Positions 41,941-60,055 of a stretch of DNA of 64,000 bases are shown here, in pieces. The DNA comes from the human T2T-CHM13v2.0 reference genome, Homo sapiens. How positions within the stretch are numbered: position 1 is the stretch's first letter; every line of letters starts with the position of its first letter. Both the position numbers and the translations under genes were made by a program. The stretch is from NCBI RefSeq assembly GCF_009914755.1, contig NC_060934.1; one strand, 5' to 3'. The notes beneath the pieces are model-generated. The model saw only the letters and a list, made by a program, of their open reading frames with translations. It did no database searches and was not told the DNA's origin.

Positions 41941-44489
41941 TTGTATACTCTATAGTGATGAGCATGTTGTAAGCAACCCGATATGTATAAATTCATTGAT
42001 GGTGTTCTCTCTCTAAATTTTCTTTATTGTTTTCATGGTGGGTTCATTTCCTCCTTTACCCCCTCTTTTTAGGTTGTATAATCATTAGTTTTATTTTCAT
42101 CTCTGATTTTATATGGACATGTTTCAATGCATACAGACAGTTAATATTCTTTTCCTCCTAATTATCTATTATATATATCATCTTCAGTATCATCACCATT
42201 CAAAAAACTCTTTTATATGTTCTAGATAATGTGGCCTATTTTTTACGTTAGACTACCTGATAAGGTGTCAACTGAATTGGCTGCCTTTATCTACATTCTG
42301 AACCAAAATTTAATTCTAGAGTTTGTAGTCAGCGTTTTTCCAAATGTGTAAAACTGTAATCCTTCATAAAATGTCATATGTAAGAGAGTAAGCAATTCTG
42401 TGTGTACTAAAAGGTGAGAAAGTTATTACTTTAGCTTTCACTGGGAAGACTTAAAGTTTATCAAAAAGGATTATAGAAAGAACAGATTTATAGCAACTGT
42501 CTGATATATGACCAGAACCCTTATGTTCCACTGAAACAGACTTGCCCTAGGCTTTCTAGAGCATAATGCCCTTAGCAAGTAGCTTTCAACATCTTTTTCA
42601 GGAAGCAATATTTTCCTTCAGTAAAAGGGTCACTGTACTGTTTTTCTTTTTCCTTCTCCTGTCTTATCTTTTGAGTTCAGGAAGTACTTTAAATTTACAG
42701 GCAGCTTTGAAGACATGAAGCAAGTTCAGCCCCAGAAGTATTTCCTGTTATGGCATTAATCTAATTCCATGAAAGTAGAACTGATTTTTCATCTGTAAAG
42801 TAGATAAAGTGCCTAGAGCAGCCGACCATTATTCTGGGTTATCATGATAAAGAGGCTTAGTTTTGACACAAAAGAGTTTATCAGCCTACCCAGTGGAAGA
42901 TTTCATCCTTTTTGTTGAAAGATATATTAATGGATTATAATCTGTCTTGGCTTCCAAAAGAAAGTTCACCTTTATATTGAAAATGATTAGTTAAATCAGC
43001 AAATATTTTCCTGAATATACATTTTATAATATACGATAAATCAAGCAAACATTCTAGGGATATCACATATAATTAAATATCTAATGTTAAATCATTTTAT
43101 GTTATTTTAATGTTTAAATTATTGTCTCAATTTGAAATAATCACAGATTTTCCTTATAAACCAACTTGGTTTAATTTTAACATATAGACTAACATAATTT
43201 CTAGTAGGCATATATGCTTCATTTTAGAAGCCCCTGTTATTAGGTTATATAATTTCTCCTTACAACTTATAATGTAGAAATAGTTTTCTTATAATAAGGT
43301 ATTTCTCTTAATAGTTAATAATTAAACTTAGTTGATTATTTTAAGTATATAGTACATACAAATAATATATAATTCAAAAGCTATAATATATTTTTCCTAT
43401 CCCTATTTCCTGGTTCCTCTCTAAGCTAAGGCATTTAGACTAATCCTAGTGGCTTAGTATTGTTTAAATAATTTTTTATTTGAAAATTGATTCCATATTG
43501 GACATATTTACAATATTTCCTTGAATAATAATAGCTTACCACATAGTAATACATTACATATTTAGTTCTCTCAGTAGCCTTCTGAGTTAAATTCTGTTAT
43601 CCATTTGAAAAATGCAGGAACTCAAGGTTAGAGAGGTTAAATAATTGGCTAAAATTCACCTGGCTGATAAGTGACAGATTTGGGCTGGAACTCAGGTCCT
43701 CTAATACCAGAGCCTATATTCATAGCCCATACTGTAGGATTATAGAAATAAGGTTATTCCCAGTTGTGCCTTGTATACTTGAAAAGAACAAAAGATTCCA
43801 CTGAATGCTTATTTTACAATTAATAAATTAAGTTAGGCTTTATCATACCCTAATGAGATATCTCATTATTTGTTTAAAATAAATGATCTACCATTATGTT
43901 CATAAATAAAAATAAAGATATTGTTTTATTATAGATGTTAATGTTTTAAAACTTAGATCATCTAAACATGAAAAATCTCTGGCCTAGTCAAAGGCACACT
44001 GAGAACTAAACTTGGGATTGGAAAATTTGGAGTTTTCAAATGGCCCTACCAATTCAGCGCATAATTGTATATGCTTATCATTTTTCCAAAGAGGGTTGAA
44101 TAGTATTCTTCCATTGTATATCTTAGGGAGGCATTATAAAGGTAATATGACATCAGATGTTAAACTTACTTATTTAACCAGCATTCATTGAGGCTGCCTA
44201 CTATACGTATCCTGTGAAGCAATGTGACCGATACAAAGATGAAGAAAACATGGGTGCTGTCTTTAGTGAACTACCCATCTTCTAGGAAGAATAAGATCTA
44301 TTGTAATATAAACAAGAGTGATGAGTCCTTAGTATATGTGAAGGTCTCCTCAGCTAAGTTCCAAAAAGTAACAAGCTAACTGTAATTTCACCACCTTAGT
44401 ATTTTATGAACACCACCTTAGTTTTTATGAACTCAGGACCTTACCTCCACTTTATGAAAACACATATACACAAAGCAAGGAGTTTTAAT

Positions 44490-47040
<2,551 letters not shown>

Positions 47041-50000
47041 AAAAAATAGATGGTATTAACAAAACTTTTAGACTACTGTGACCACTTGGCACACCTAACA
47101 ACAAAGCATCCAAGGAGATTAATATTTAAACGTACATTATAATATGAAAGGCATGAATTTAGATGGGGGCATGTAACCTCTTGAAGAAATATATAATGTA
47201 AAAGTGTTATTATTGCTATTTTATTTCTTATTTTAATCAAACACTGTGATAGTATTATTCATTCCACTGTAACCCCTATTGGATAAATACATTATAGTAT
47301 TTAGAATAAAACTCATGTGTTAGTAAGCCAGTGAGAAAGAATCATACCAGAGCTTTATAGATCACCAGTTCTATCTCCTGTCCCTCCATTTCAGGTATAT
47401 GCAACTGGCCTATCTGTTCAGAGTATTAACTCTATGGTGCTTCATCAGTCAGACCATCCACTATGCCCAAATGAGTAATATGTCCAAACTGTATTTGCAA
47501 AATGCATTTCTTCACAGAAATTAATATCCTATGCAAATGCTGGCTAATTGATTATTACTCTTTCATAAAGGCTTAATTAGGTAGGAAACCCAGTACCTGC
47601 AGCGAGAGAGGAAGAAAAGTCTTTCCTAGGGCTAGATCCTGACCCAAGGTTTTGGATTTTAATGGGGCAGAGTTGTCTGTTTTCTATTAAACACATACTT
47701 GGGAGTAAGTAGACTTGCCCATCTCCTGTTTTATACTGATCTTTTCACGAATGTGAACCTTTTTCTTGAAAGAGTAAATATCTTTAAATTTTTCTGTAGC
47801 CTTCCCTGTTACAAGTTAAATGTTCCTACTTCTCTAGAGTATTTCGAAGTGTTTATTTAAATAAGTAAACATGGATAGACACTATTTTGTAGCAAGGGGT
47901 TGGGGGAGTATACTCTAAGGCAGCTTCTCTCTGACAGCTTATCTTTCTTATAAGTATAGTGTAAACATATAATTTATAATGTGGGAAAAGAGGGTTTGAT
48001 CTTTTAATAAAGCCATTTCTTTTTATTTCAGAGTTAAGGAGTTTAAATTCTTTTTCTTTAGCATCTAGCAGTGAGTTCAGGGGTGATGGTCATTAATATC
48101 TTGATCCATTACTTTTCCTAAAAGATAAGATTTTTTTTCCCATAATGGTTCATTTGTCTGACTGCTTTATTTCCCACCAGAAATCACAAAATCCATTTTT
48201 CCTGTGACAGTATAATAATTTTCACAACATCTGATTTTAGTGGCACATACATGCAGAAGATTAAAGGTGTAGGTTAGAAAAGAAGCAGTAAGAAGGCATT
48301 GAGAATAAAAACATGGTAGAATTTATTTCTTTAATGTCATAATAACTAATTTAGAAAAACAAATATAAACAATGGGTTGTAAATAGTTTATTCAATATTT
48401 TAATAAAGAATTAATTCATTACATGCACACTTATTTTTACATACTTGCCCAGATTTCTTACCAAAAAAAATTTTCTCGCCCTATTCTCAAACAAAATTTA
48501 TAGACATTATATACAGCCTCTGTTGAAAAGACCTTCTGTTAAAATCAGCTGCCCTTAGCTTGACATATCTTGAGTTCTTAGTGATTAACATGTTAATAAC
48601 AAGTGTGAATGTCATTAATGTTCCTATAATTAATTTCAGTATTAACACCTTATGTTTCTTATTATTCATTCCTCAAATGAAGGATTTTTCCATTTATAAC
48701 TAAGTGGCAATTATTATATCATTTTTATATAATGGAGCAATAAATTGTATCTGATGTTATTAATAGTAATTCCTACATTCCTTATAACATACTTTTATAC
48801 TCATTCCTTTATATATTCCTTTACTGTTATATAATACTTTTTAAGTGCCTTTAAGTGAAGAGAAGTGGTTGAAATGTAAAAGAAGCTACTTGGAATGTCT
48901 GTAATAACAAATGTGTTAGTATATTTACACCTGCTTGAAGGAAAGAGTAAAGTATTTCCTGAAAACCCCACAATTATATAGGTAGTTCAACCTCTGATCT
49001 GCACTGAGGCATTTAACCTCTCTTAACCTTGGCTTCCTTATTTAAAGGAAGTGGCTGTTGAGCCTTACCTAAATCATAAAGTGAGTGCAAGTAATTGTTT
49101 ACTGAGAAATCTAAGAAAGGCTAATGGAAAACATCAAGTATGAATGAAACAGTTATAACTGTTTTCCCCTTTGAAAAGAATTGCTGTTCCACATTGAATT
49201 TCTGTCATGAATCTAACTCTTTTTAAATGAGCTATTTAAATTTAAATACATAAATGGATGTTATATTTTGATTTTAATTACTTCAGTAGTAATTCAGAAT
49301 TAGTTGAAGCTACAGCTTAAACATATTTTATTACATTTAAATAGTTGGGAAAAAATAAATAGTTGGTTAGCTAAAACCCAATAAATAAATTGGGAATAGA
49401 TTCTGCTAGTTGAATGCTGAAATGAATAGTATATACTTTAAAGGGCTTTAATTTTTTCTTTCATACTGATTTAAGACTGATAATTTATCTCTTTACTTAT
49501 TCTAATTATTTGACCCTTTTTGTTGGAGGAGAGGGGGCAATCTTGTCACTAATTGTGTAACCCTTGTTTAATTTACTCTTTCAGGAACCCTTCCAACCTT
49601 CCCCCTCTCCACCTTAATACACTGATGTTCATTTTGGATTTCCAAGAGGGAGATATGATATGCAACTTTAAAAAACCTATTTTCCAGTCAAGCCATTTTT
49701 CAAAGAGAGCTTATTAACCTCTCCTATGGATCAAATTGTGAAATACTAAACTAGGTTGCCTGTGGAAGTATAGTGAGAGACGACGATAGGAAAGAAGATA
49801 GGATGGGGTCAGAAGAACCTTACATTCCATGCTTAGGAGTATAAACTGTATACGATAAGCAGCTGGGAACCATAAAATCCTTTTAAGAAGTATTGTGATA
49901 TAAGACTAATTTGAAAGAATAGTGAGAAGGTGGATAATTGTACATTTGATTTTATTCCTTTATGCTAATAATTCCCATGTACATACAGTGAATGAAATAT

Positions 50001-50372
50001 AGGAGACAAACATCTTCAACTATTCTCATTTCTTATTGGTTTTAGAGCTTGGAAATATGTTAAAAAGACATGTAAACTAGTTCCATCAATTGTATTTCCT
50101 CCTATTTAGATAGTACAGTGATTTTGAGCAAACTGTTAACATTGATTTTAAAATCCAAAATATATTATTAGTCTATAAATCACTGCATGGTTCTCATTCA
50201 TTGATTTTCACTTAGGAGGCTTTGGGGGGTTGTTTTGTTTTTATAATGCTTTACCCAAAGCATTTTAAATCTTCTACTCTCCAGTAATAGTTTTTGTCAA
50301 ATATATTTTGATATCTGCTGTACTATTTGCTATATTTACTTAAACATCTCTCCACTACGTAGAGCAGGTACT

Positions 50373-50913
50373 ATAGGAGGAAAAACTTTTCCTCTACCCT
50401 CTTATGTTCAGTAGTTGGTGCTTGCAAATTAAACTGACAAAAAATTAGGAGGATAAAAGGATTATTTTGTATGCACGTGAGAAGCCTCACAGAAAAGAAT
50501 TGAAAACCCCAAAAAACCAATGAGACCAAGGGGCTTACATATCATTTTAAGAAAGAGTGATAAAGTATGGAGAAGAGACTAGACAAAATGGGGGTTTAGA
50601 CTTCTGGTGGGGTGAGGGTGGGCATTAATGATAGGTGACTAAGGAATGAGTGGTAAATAAGGGTTGTTTAGTAAGGTTTATTAGGCAGAGTCAAGTGAGA
50701 AGAGTCTGCTTCTTCTCTTCCTGGTACTGGAGAGGAGGACGCCATTACAAATATGAATTTCCTTTACAAAAGGGAAATTTATGCCCTATTTTTAGGAAGT
50801 AAAGGGGAGGGCAGAGAGCTCCTCCTATGTTTGCTGTTTTAATTGCCTGTAGTTCAAAATAATCCTTATGCTGAAGTGGCATATTTGAGGGTGTCATACT
50901 CTGATCCCCTTCA
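50373..50913 (-). mobile_element. MER34-like LTR
   Basis: Ends CCTTATGCTGAAGTGGCATATTTGAGGGTGTCATACTCTGATCCCCTTCA. Confidence 0.65.
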
Positions 50914-51212
50914 CTATAGACTACTCTCTAATACCAGGGTACTGAGTTAAGATAATTCTGAAGGCTTCGCTAATAATCTACTACTCTTTGTCAATTTCCT
51001 ATCTTAGTTTTCTCATCTGTAAAATGGAGATCATGATAGCACTTACCTCAAAAAATGATAAGAAGTCAATTAAAAAAGCACCAAAAAATGCTTAATAAAG
51101 TGGTCTGACACATAGTAAATTCTCAATGAATAATGTATATACTGTTAAGGAGTCATTTCCCTCTAAGAGTACAAAGTACAAAAGAAAAAGTTGGAGCTTA
51201 AGATTTAGGTTT

Positions 51213-51600
<388 letters not shown>

Positions 51601-52291
51601 CACTTCCCTCCACTCCATCTCTTAAAAAGGATGGGAGTGTTCCCAGTGCTGATTATGCCACCTATTAGCCGTATGACCTTGGACAACTGTAAGCCTCAAC
51701 TTTCCCATCTATGCAATAAGAATCATTTTTACCTCATTAGATTGTTATGAGGATTAAATGAAGCAGCATGTATATATGTGTATATATATATGCATATATA
51801 CATATAGTATCTTGTATATAATAAGTATTTATTACATGCAATTTCATCTTTTATGTAGACTTTCTAGACTCTAACCTTGCCCCAGGAAGATAAGTGACTT
51901 TTACATTAAGCCATGTTCTCTTTTTCCTTTATGACACTCCTCAATGCTTAATGAAGAACTCTGGCTACACAAAAAACTAAAGTAAAATGTTGACAGACTG
52001 CTTTTTTCTACATCTGGGCTTCTTTAATTGAAAGCTGACATTTAGGCCAAGAATTGTTAGGAATTCCTATTTAGGTTTATACCAGTTCTCGCTTATATAC
52101 AAGATGTATACTTGTGTATACATGTTATTTACACACATACAATAATATATACTGGCTTTCTTTTTTTCCCTCTCATCCCATAACAGATAGTATACTGCCT
52201 TTTTTAAAAAAAAAAATGCCCACTTTTCAAATTAAAAAGCAGAGGCACACATTCTTTCCAAATGTATTAGTATAATTTGAAATAATGAGAT

Positions 52292-52790
52292 TGTATTAAT
52301 AGGATTCAGCCACAGAAACAGACCCATTAGGGAAGATAGAGTGAGAATAAGATTTATTTGTTGGTTGATCGATTTCGAGGAATTGGCCTATGTCATTGTG
52401 GAGACTGGCTAAGTAGTCCAAAACCATAGGGCAGGCAACCAGGAAGGGGAGAAAGCCTTGAACTTCTTAGGCATGGGCAGAAGCTGTCATTCATAGGTGG
52501 AATTTATTCTCTCTGTCAAGGAAACTTAAGCCATGCTTTTCTTTTTAAATTTTATTATTATTATACTTTAAGTTTTAGGGTACATGTGCACAACGTGCAG
52601 GCTTTTACTTTCAACTGATTGAATCAGGTCCCTCCAGATTATCCAGGATACTCCAGTAATAGAAGTCAACTGACTGGGAGTTTTAATTACATCTGAAAAA
52701 TACCTGTATAGCAACACCTAGATTGGAATTTGATTGAATAACTAGAGTCTGTAGCCTAGTCAAGTTGTCACCTCAAAAAAACCATCTTGG
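52292..52790. mobile_element. MLT2-type LTR
   Basis: GAGGAATTGGCCTATGTCATTGTGGAGACTGGCTAAG..TAGCCTAGTCAAGTTGTCACCTCAAAA. Confidence 0.7.
52541..52600 (-). mobile_element. Very short L1PA 3' end inserted in an MLT2 LTR
   Basis: TTATACTTTAAGTTTTAGGGTACATGTGCACAACGTGCAG, with putative TSD GCTTTT at 52535-52540 and 52601-52606. Confidence 0.8.
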
Positions 52791-53346
52791 GATAAAGTTT
52801 TTTGAAAAAAGAAATAGAAAGTTCAGGGCATTTTGGTCATTATTTTTGTGTATTGTGCCTATTATATCTTTTTATTTTTAATTTTTGAGAATCTGTTTAG
52901 TGCCTAGTATTTTGCCAAGATTATAAAGGAAACAAAGGTATCTTAATGTTTTTTTCAAATCTTAACATCTTAAAGTTGTTTCAAGCATTTTCCCTGAATT
53001 CATTGATTAAGTATTGTTAGAAGAAGTGGAACATGGATGATGCATATGCTTTAGATTGAGGCAGGAGTATGTGTGGTGACTAAGAGAGTAAGAAATGATG
53101 ATCTCGAGAATACTAGACTGTGAGCTTTCTAAAAGCTGGTATCGTGTGTTATTTATCCTTGTATTGCCATGGCCTGGCACAGTAATTGAAAAAGTTCAAC
53201 AATGGTTTGTTGTTTAGGTTGATTAAGGAATGAGCAAAAACGTAACTTAAAAGCTATCTGTATTGAAGTGTGATCTGTTATATGTATTCAGATCTGATTA
53301 TACTTGGAGTCGAAATCACTGTATCTAAATTAATATTAAGACTCAG

Positions 53347-53642
53347 GGCCAGGCACATTGTCTCACATCTGTAATCCCAGCACTTCAGGAGGCTGAGGTG
53401 GGAGGTCAGTTGAGGCCAGGAGTTTGAGACCAGCCTGGGCAACATAGCGAAAAACTCTGTCTCCACAAAAAATTAAAAAAATAAAAATTAGCCAGACATG
53501 GTGGCATGTGCCTGTAGTCCTAGCTACTTGGGAAGCTCAGGTGGAGGATCACTTGAATCTAGAGGTGGAAGCTGCAGTGATCTGTGATCGTATCTCTGCA
53601 CTTCAGCCTGTGTGACAGAGTGAGACTTTTTCTCAAATAAAA
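53347..53642 (+). mobile_element. AluJ
   Basis: J-type dimer. Confidence 0.9.
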
Positions 53643-56600
53643 GAATCAATACAGCAATACAGCCCCAATTTCTAAATTGGAGAAAGTCATTTTCTATTTC
53701 ATCTCTCTCTGTTCCTCCACTAGATTGTAAACTCTTTGAGGGTAAGAATTATGCAGTTTTGTCTGCTCTTCAATGTTTTATTGCCTTGCATTAAAAAGAT
53801 AATAAATACTGCTTGATGAATTAATTAAAAACAGCATACAGAAGAGATCCAAATTTAATTTTGTAATAAATCACCTCTGAGAATAATAAGAAAACCAGAA
53901 TATTTGAAATACATCATTTAATTGAATAAGGAACAGTAAACTGATTTTTAATGTTCCTGTTTTTATGTATTTGAAGTTAATGTTTAGTTATTTTGTTTTA
54001 AAATCTTTATAAAAATTCTCTGCTTTATCTTCCAGTGAACAAGACATATTAATAGCTTTTCTGTAGAGCAAGGCATATTAATAGCTTTTCTGTTGAATAT
54101 GAAAGAAAGCAGCTGTAGTTTTATCCTACTGAGTACAAATATTTGTTGGGGAATTAAAGATTTATTAGATAAATGGCTTAAAGATTAATTAATTAACTAT
54201 ACTATCTTTTTACTTTCCTATCTTATCTGTAGGCCATTGGTCTGTTAATATATATAAATTGCTCTGTTTCCTGCTATCTTTCCATTTCTTAATTAAATAT
54301 TAGAAAAATGCCCAAGGAAAAACAATACAACTGAGCTTCCTTTCTGGTTTTCATGCTTTTAAAATTTATAAAAATTGTGGCTCTGCTGCCTTTTTTTTTT
54401 TTTTTTTTTTTTTTTGTAGTTAGATGAATTTGGCCTGGGATTCTATGAAAAAAATAAAACAATAGTTTTTATTTCATGATTTTTTTTTCAAGTTGTTCTG
54501 ATTTTATAATATCTAGTCAAGTGATGACATGCAGAGATTTTGCTGTGAGGAGAGGGAGAGAGCAAAAAGTATTCTGCCCTGATTGCTTTTTAGTGATTTT
54601 ATTACTAGAAAGATAAACATTGCCTTGTTATTTTAGCCAGTAAAATTGTCTGCAAAGTAGGTAACAAAATGCAAAGCAGTGTATTTACTTTTCCACTTTT
54701 TCCCAAAGGTATGATAAAAGCAGGGTTCCAGTGGAACAATTTGCTGAGTTCTTTCCTAGGGAGCACTGGTAGCCCGTATTAAATGATTATATTTTGGAAA
54801 ATGCTAATGATGAAAGATGAGAATAATTTATATTCTTTGAAATGTGACTAAAAAGTTGGAAATGAAACCTATCTTTCTGAAGTGACATCCACATTTGTGG
54901 TTCATTTTCATCACACCTGATTCACTTCTGCCAGCAATTCAGAAAGAAAGGTGGAGGTGGGAAAGCATATATGTAGCTAAGCTACTAAAGTGACTATTTG
55001 AGTATTTCATTCCATCTGTCAAAAGATTCAGTGGGATAAAGAATTTGGCATAAATGGATGTAATTCATTCTCTTTTTACAAAGAAGTAAATGATAGAACA
55101 AAATCATCCTAAAATGAAGGAACAAAATACCAGAAAGTGAAAGAAAACAAAATTTGTATTTTTTGATAGAATAGTAGCAGAACTCAATGTAAAAATAATG
55201 ATTACATTAATAATTATTTGCTCACTTTTTCCTGTATTTGGTATTTTGGGAAAGTGGGCTTGAAAAACAGTGGATACATTGATGAAACATTTCAATTTTC
55301 ACTTGCCTGTTGTGTTTGCTCATGTTAGACAAACTATAACTTCTCGGTGTATAGATATGATGTACACAAAATTACACAGAAATTAAGCCATGTATAATAA
55401 TGCATGACTAGAAGAAAGATATATCTCCCTTGAACAAATAACAGTTATTTTAGTAAATTTGTAACAGAGAAAATAGGCTTGATTAACAAAAATATGAAAG
55501 ATCTTTTAAATAAATGAATTTTGAATTTTCAGAGTAGCCCAGAATTTTATCTAAATTCGGATTATTTCATTAGCTAGAACATGAAAATAGGCATTTATTC
55601 TACTCACCTACAGCTTCTGTAGTACTAAATTTATGGAATGAGGCTTTGTGGTGCTGCCTTCAGAGCTCAATGATTTGCTTTTTCTGAATTTTGGAAGTCT
55701 GTCTCTAATTGATTGACACATATGAATGTAGTGGGAAGAAATGAGATTAAGCATACAAGCTTTCTTTTTCATTTAAACATCATTGAAGCCATGAATTTGT
55801 AAATTGATATAAAAACACAATCCTTTGGATCTGTATTAGGAAATTTATAAATGGGAGCTTTATTTTGCTCCAGAAATGTGATAATTAGAAATATATTCAG
55901 GTGATTTTTTCCCTTTGGTTTTTGTTGTTTTTTAATTTATTTTTCTTTCTTATTTTTACCAAAGGTTCAAGTCATCTGTAATATTCAGGTGTTTTTAAGA
56001 ATTTCTCATGGCAAGTTAATTGTGGGTGAACATTTCCCTATTGGACTACCAGATGTACTTTGTGGTTATAACTTGCATAGCTCCAGGATTTTTCGTGAAC
56101 AAGTAATAAAACACATTTCTGGTTTGCTTTCTGCCATAGAGTATTAAGAGTTTAACACTTTTTAAATGTTACTTTAATCTCTGAAATTTTCAACAATGAT
56201 TAGTGGCAGTATACTCAAAAAAGGAAATGTGTAGGCTTTACTATAATAAAAATAAGAACAACTTATATAAGCTCCACACTTTATAGATTTGTATGGATAT
56301 ACAATCAAATGTACTAATTTTTAAATTATCCTCATTTTGCAGTAATTTTACATTTTGCTCATTTGTGCAAACCATGGTGATAGTAAAATATTTAACAGAA
56401 ATTCAAGCACATTCTTTTAACTCTTTCTGAAAAATCTCACAAATGAGATTTTTTTAAAACAGTTAAGAATTTACTAAATTTAAAATGTATATATACCTGA
56501 TGCCATCCAGATGTTTTATTGAATTTCTAAAATAAAAGTCCACCTAATGAATGGCTAATTTACTCAACACGTAAGACAAAGATGTATTTCTGTGTTACTA

Positions 56601-57904
56601 AGAACATGCATCCTATCTCCTTGACAATGGCTCTAATTACCTCAGCTTGGACTGATCAATATTTGATCTTTTTCCCACCATGCAAACATGTTACTTTGAC
56701 TTTGTCTCTTCCTCTTCTTTTCAGATAATTTGCAGCCATGTGAGAATGGTTCATTTTGTTTGTTCTCCCTGGCTTGAGGCCAGGGGTCTCTTATTAGTAT
56801 AATGCAGTTCATTGATGTGAATTTGTTGATCTCCTGGGTAGGTTTTCACAAATTTAAGGCAATTAAAAGCTTTTATATGGCATTTCACTTGAAGTTATTA
56901 GTGGCCTTTCAGTGATTTTGCTTTTAAAAATTACTTCATCATTTTATGATTATTTCCTTTCCTTCTCTTTTCTCTACTCTCCCCATGCTATAAAATTCTA
57001 TAGTAAAGGATTGAAACAACTATTTCATTGATTTCATTAAAAGTAATAATTTATAAACTTATAATTCAATAGCTTAATATTTTAATTACCACAATTTTTA
57101 AAGGACTAATGAAATTTTTGGTTTTGTGTTTTCAAAAGCTGCTTTGTTTTAAGCATATAAATATTCATGATAGAAGCCATAATTTGGAGAATAATAAGAA
57201 TTGAATCTAAAAATTATTAGTAATTGCTAAAAAATTCAAAAAGCACATAGTGTAAACTTTGTGTATATGAGACAGAACTTTTTCTAAATTGCAGTTTCAT
57301 TAACATCTTAAAGTTTTCTCGTAGCTAACAGATGTCCATGATATTTTTGCTTCCTTAACTTTTACAGTCAATGGACCATTCTCCAGCAGGTCATAAGTAA
57401 GAATGTTAAATAACGGCCACTAAATCTTAAGGAATGTGACAACATTGATTAGATTAAAATCCTTTGACTTCATTGACATATCTTTTTTCTTTCCCCATTT
57501 AAAAAATTGTTTCAGTTGTTTTCCTACTGTTTGTTGGTGGCATACTTTGTTACAGTACTTGATCCAGTTTGTTTCATTGGTGTGCTTGGTAAATTTGAAG
57601 AAATGATCACTGGAGAGGATTTGAAATAACTAGCAAAAGTTTTGAAGTATTGCAGTGAGTATATGGAATGTGTTACTCATTTATGCAAAAAATATTGGTG
57701 TTTTTATACTTTTTATTTTAAAAAATATATAACAATAATAGCAAATATTTAGTAAGAATGTAACTTTATGCCATACTAAGGCAAGAATAGTATATTGAAT
57801 AAGAGGATATACCCTGAAGGCAGGGTATAAATCCAAGTTTCGCTGCTTACTAGTTCACTTCTTAAGCAGTTAACTTCTGAATCTCTCTTTATGTGCAAAA
57901 TGGT

Positions 57905-58420
57905 ATAGGAGAGGAAAAAAAATATCTTTCCCTCCTGATATGTACATGACTGGGGCCTCTATAACAAAAACAGATTAACAAGAGAAAAGTATACTATAAT
58001 TTAAGTGTAAGTTTTACATGACATGGGAGCCTTCATAAGGAAATGAAGACCCAAAGAAACAGCTAAATCTGAGTGTTTTTTATATTAGGTTCAATGGTGA
58101 AATGATAGGGTATGAAGTAAATGTAGTAAACTGGGTGAAACTTGGCAAGGCCTTTTTGTTTGGATTCCCCTCTGTCTCTTTGTCTTTGGAGAAAAGATGC
58201 TCCTTTATAGAGAGGGTACCATTCACATAAGGGTCTTGTGACCTACTTAAGGGAAAGGTCAAAAAACAGTTACAAGGTTTTATGATCTGTTTCTAGAGAA
58301 AAGGGCAGGGGACAGTCAGAGAGACCTTCCTGCTTCTGCCATTTTCTCACATTCCTTCACCTTAAAATTTTCAATATATCAAGGTGCTATATTTTGGGGT
58401 AGTATATCCTGAACCGTGCC
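57905..58420 (-). mobile_element. MER34/MER39-like LTR inside a MIR
   Basis: AACAAAAACAGATTAACAAGAGAAAAG..AAGGTGCTATATTTTGGGGTAGTATATCCTGAACC. Confidence 0.6.
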
Positions 58421-58549
58421 TATAGGAATGATGATAATAATATCTACTTTATAAGGATAAAATGAGACAATATGTATAAATTGTATGGAACAGTGCATGA
58501 ACCACAATAAACACTCACAAAATGTTTGCTATAAAGATATTTTCGACCT

Positions 58550-58750
58550 TCCATGGTGGTTCATGCCTATAATCCCAACACTTTACGAGGCTGAGGTGGG
58601 AGGATCACTTGGAGCCAGGAGTTCAAGACCAGCTTGGGCAACATAGCAAGACCCCATCTCTTAAAAAAAATAAAAAATAAAAATTACCCATGCCTATAGT
58701 CCTAATTACTTGGGAGGCCAAGGCAGGAGGATCACAATTGATCCTCAGGA
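58550..58750 (+). mobile_element. Truncated AluJ abutting the inverted L1
   Basis: Left arm plus part of the right arm, ending ..GGAGGATCAC..CAGGA. Confidence 0.8.
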
Positions 58751-58831
58751 AGATCATGCTTGTCTGTAAAGGATTTTATTTCCCCTTGACTTATGAAGCT
58801 TAGTTTGGCTGGATATGAAATTCTGGGTTGA

Positions 58832-59116
<285 letters not shown>

Positions 59117-59716
59117 AAATTCTTTTCTTTAAGAATATTGAATATTGGCTCCCACTCTCTTCTGGCTTATAGGGTTTCTGCAGAGAGATCTGCTGTTAGT
59201 CCCATGGGCTTCACTTTGTGGGTAACCCAACCTTTCTCTTTGGCTGCGCTTAACATTTTTTCCTTCATTTCAACCTTTGTGAATCTGACGATTACATTGT
59301 GTCTGGGGGTTGTTCTTCTCGATATGTATGCACCCAATACAGGAGCACCCAGATTCATAAAGCAAGTTCTTAGAGACCTACAAAGAGTCTTAGCCTCCCA
59401 CACAATAATAGTGGGAGACTTTAACACCCCACTGTTAATATTAGACAGATCAACGAGACAGAAAATTAACAAGGATATTCAGGACTTGAACTCAGCTCTG
59501 GACCAAGCAGATCTAATAGACATCTACAGAACTCTCCACCCCAAATCAACAGAATATACATTCTTCTCCGCACCACATCGCCCTTACTCTAAAATTGACC
59601 ACATAATTGGAAGTAAAACACTCCTCAGCACAAGCAAAATAATAGAAATCATAAAAAACACTTTCTCAGACCACAGTGCGATCAAATTAGAACTCAGGAT
59701 TAAGAAAGTCACTCAA

Positions 59717-60055
<339 letters not shown>

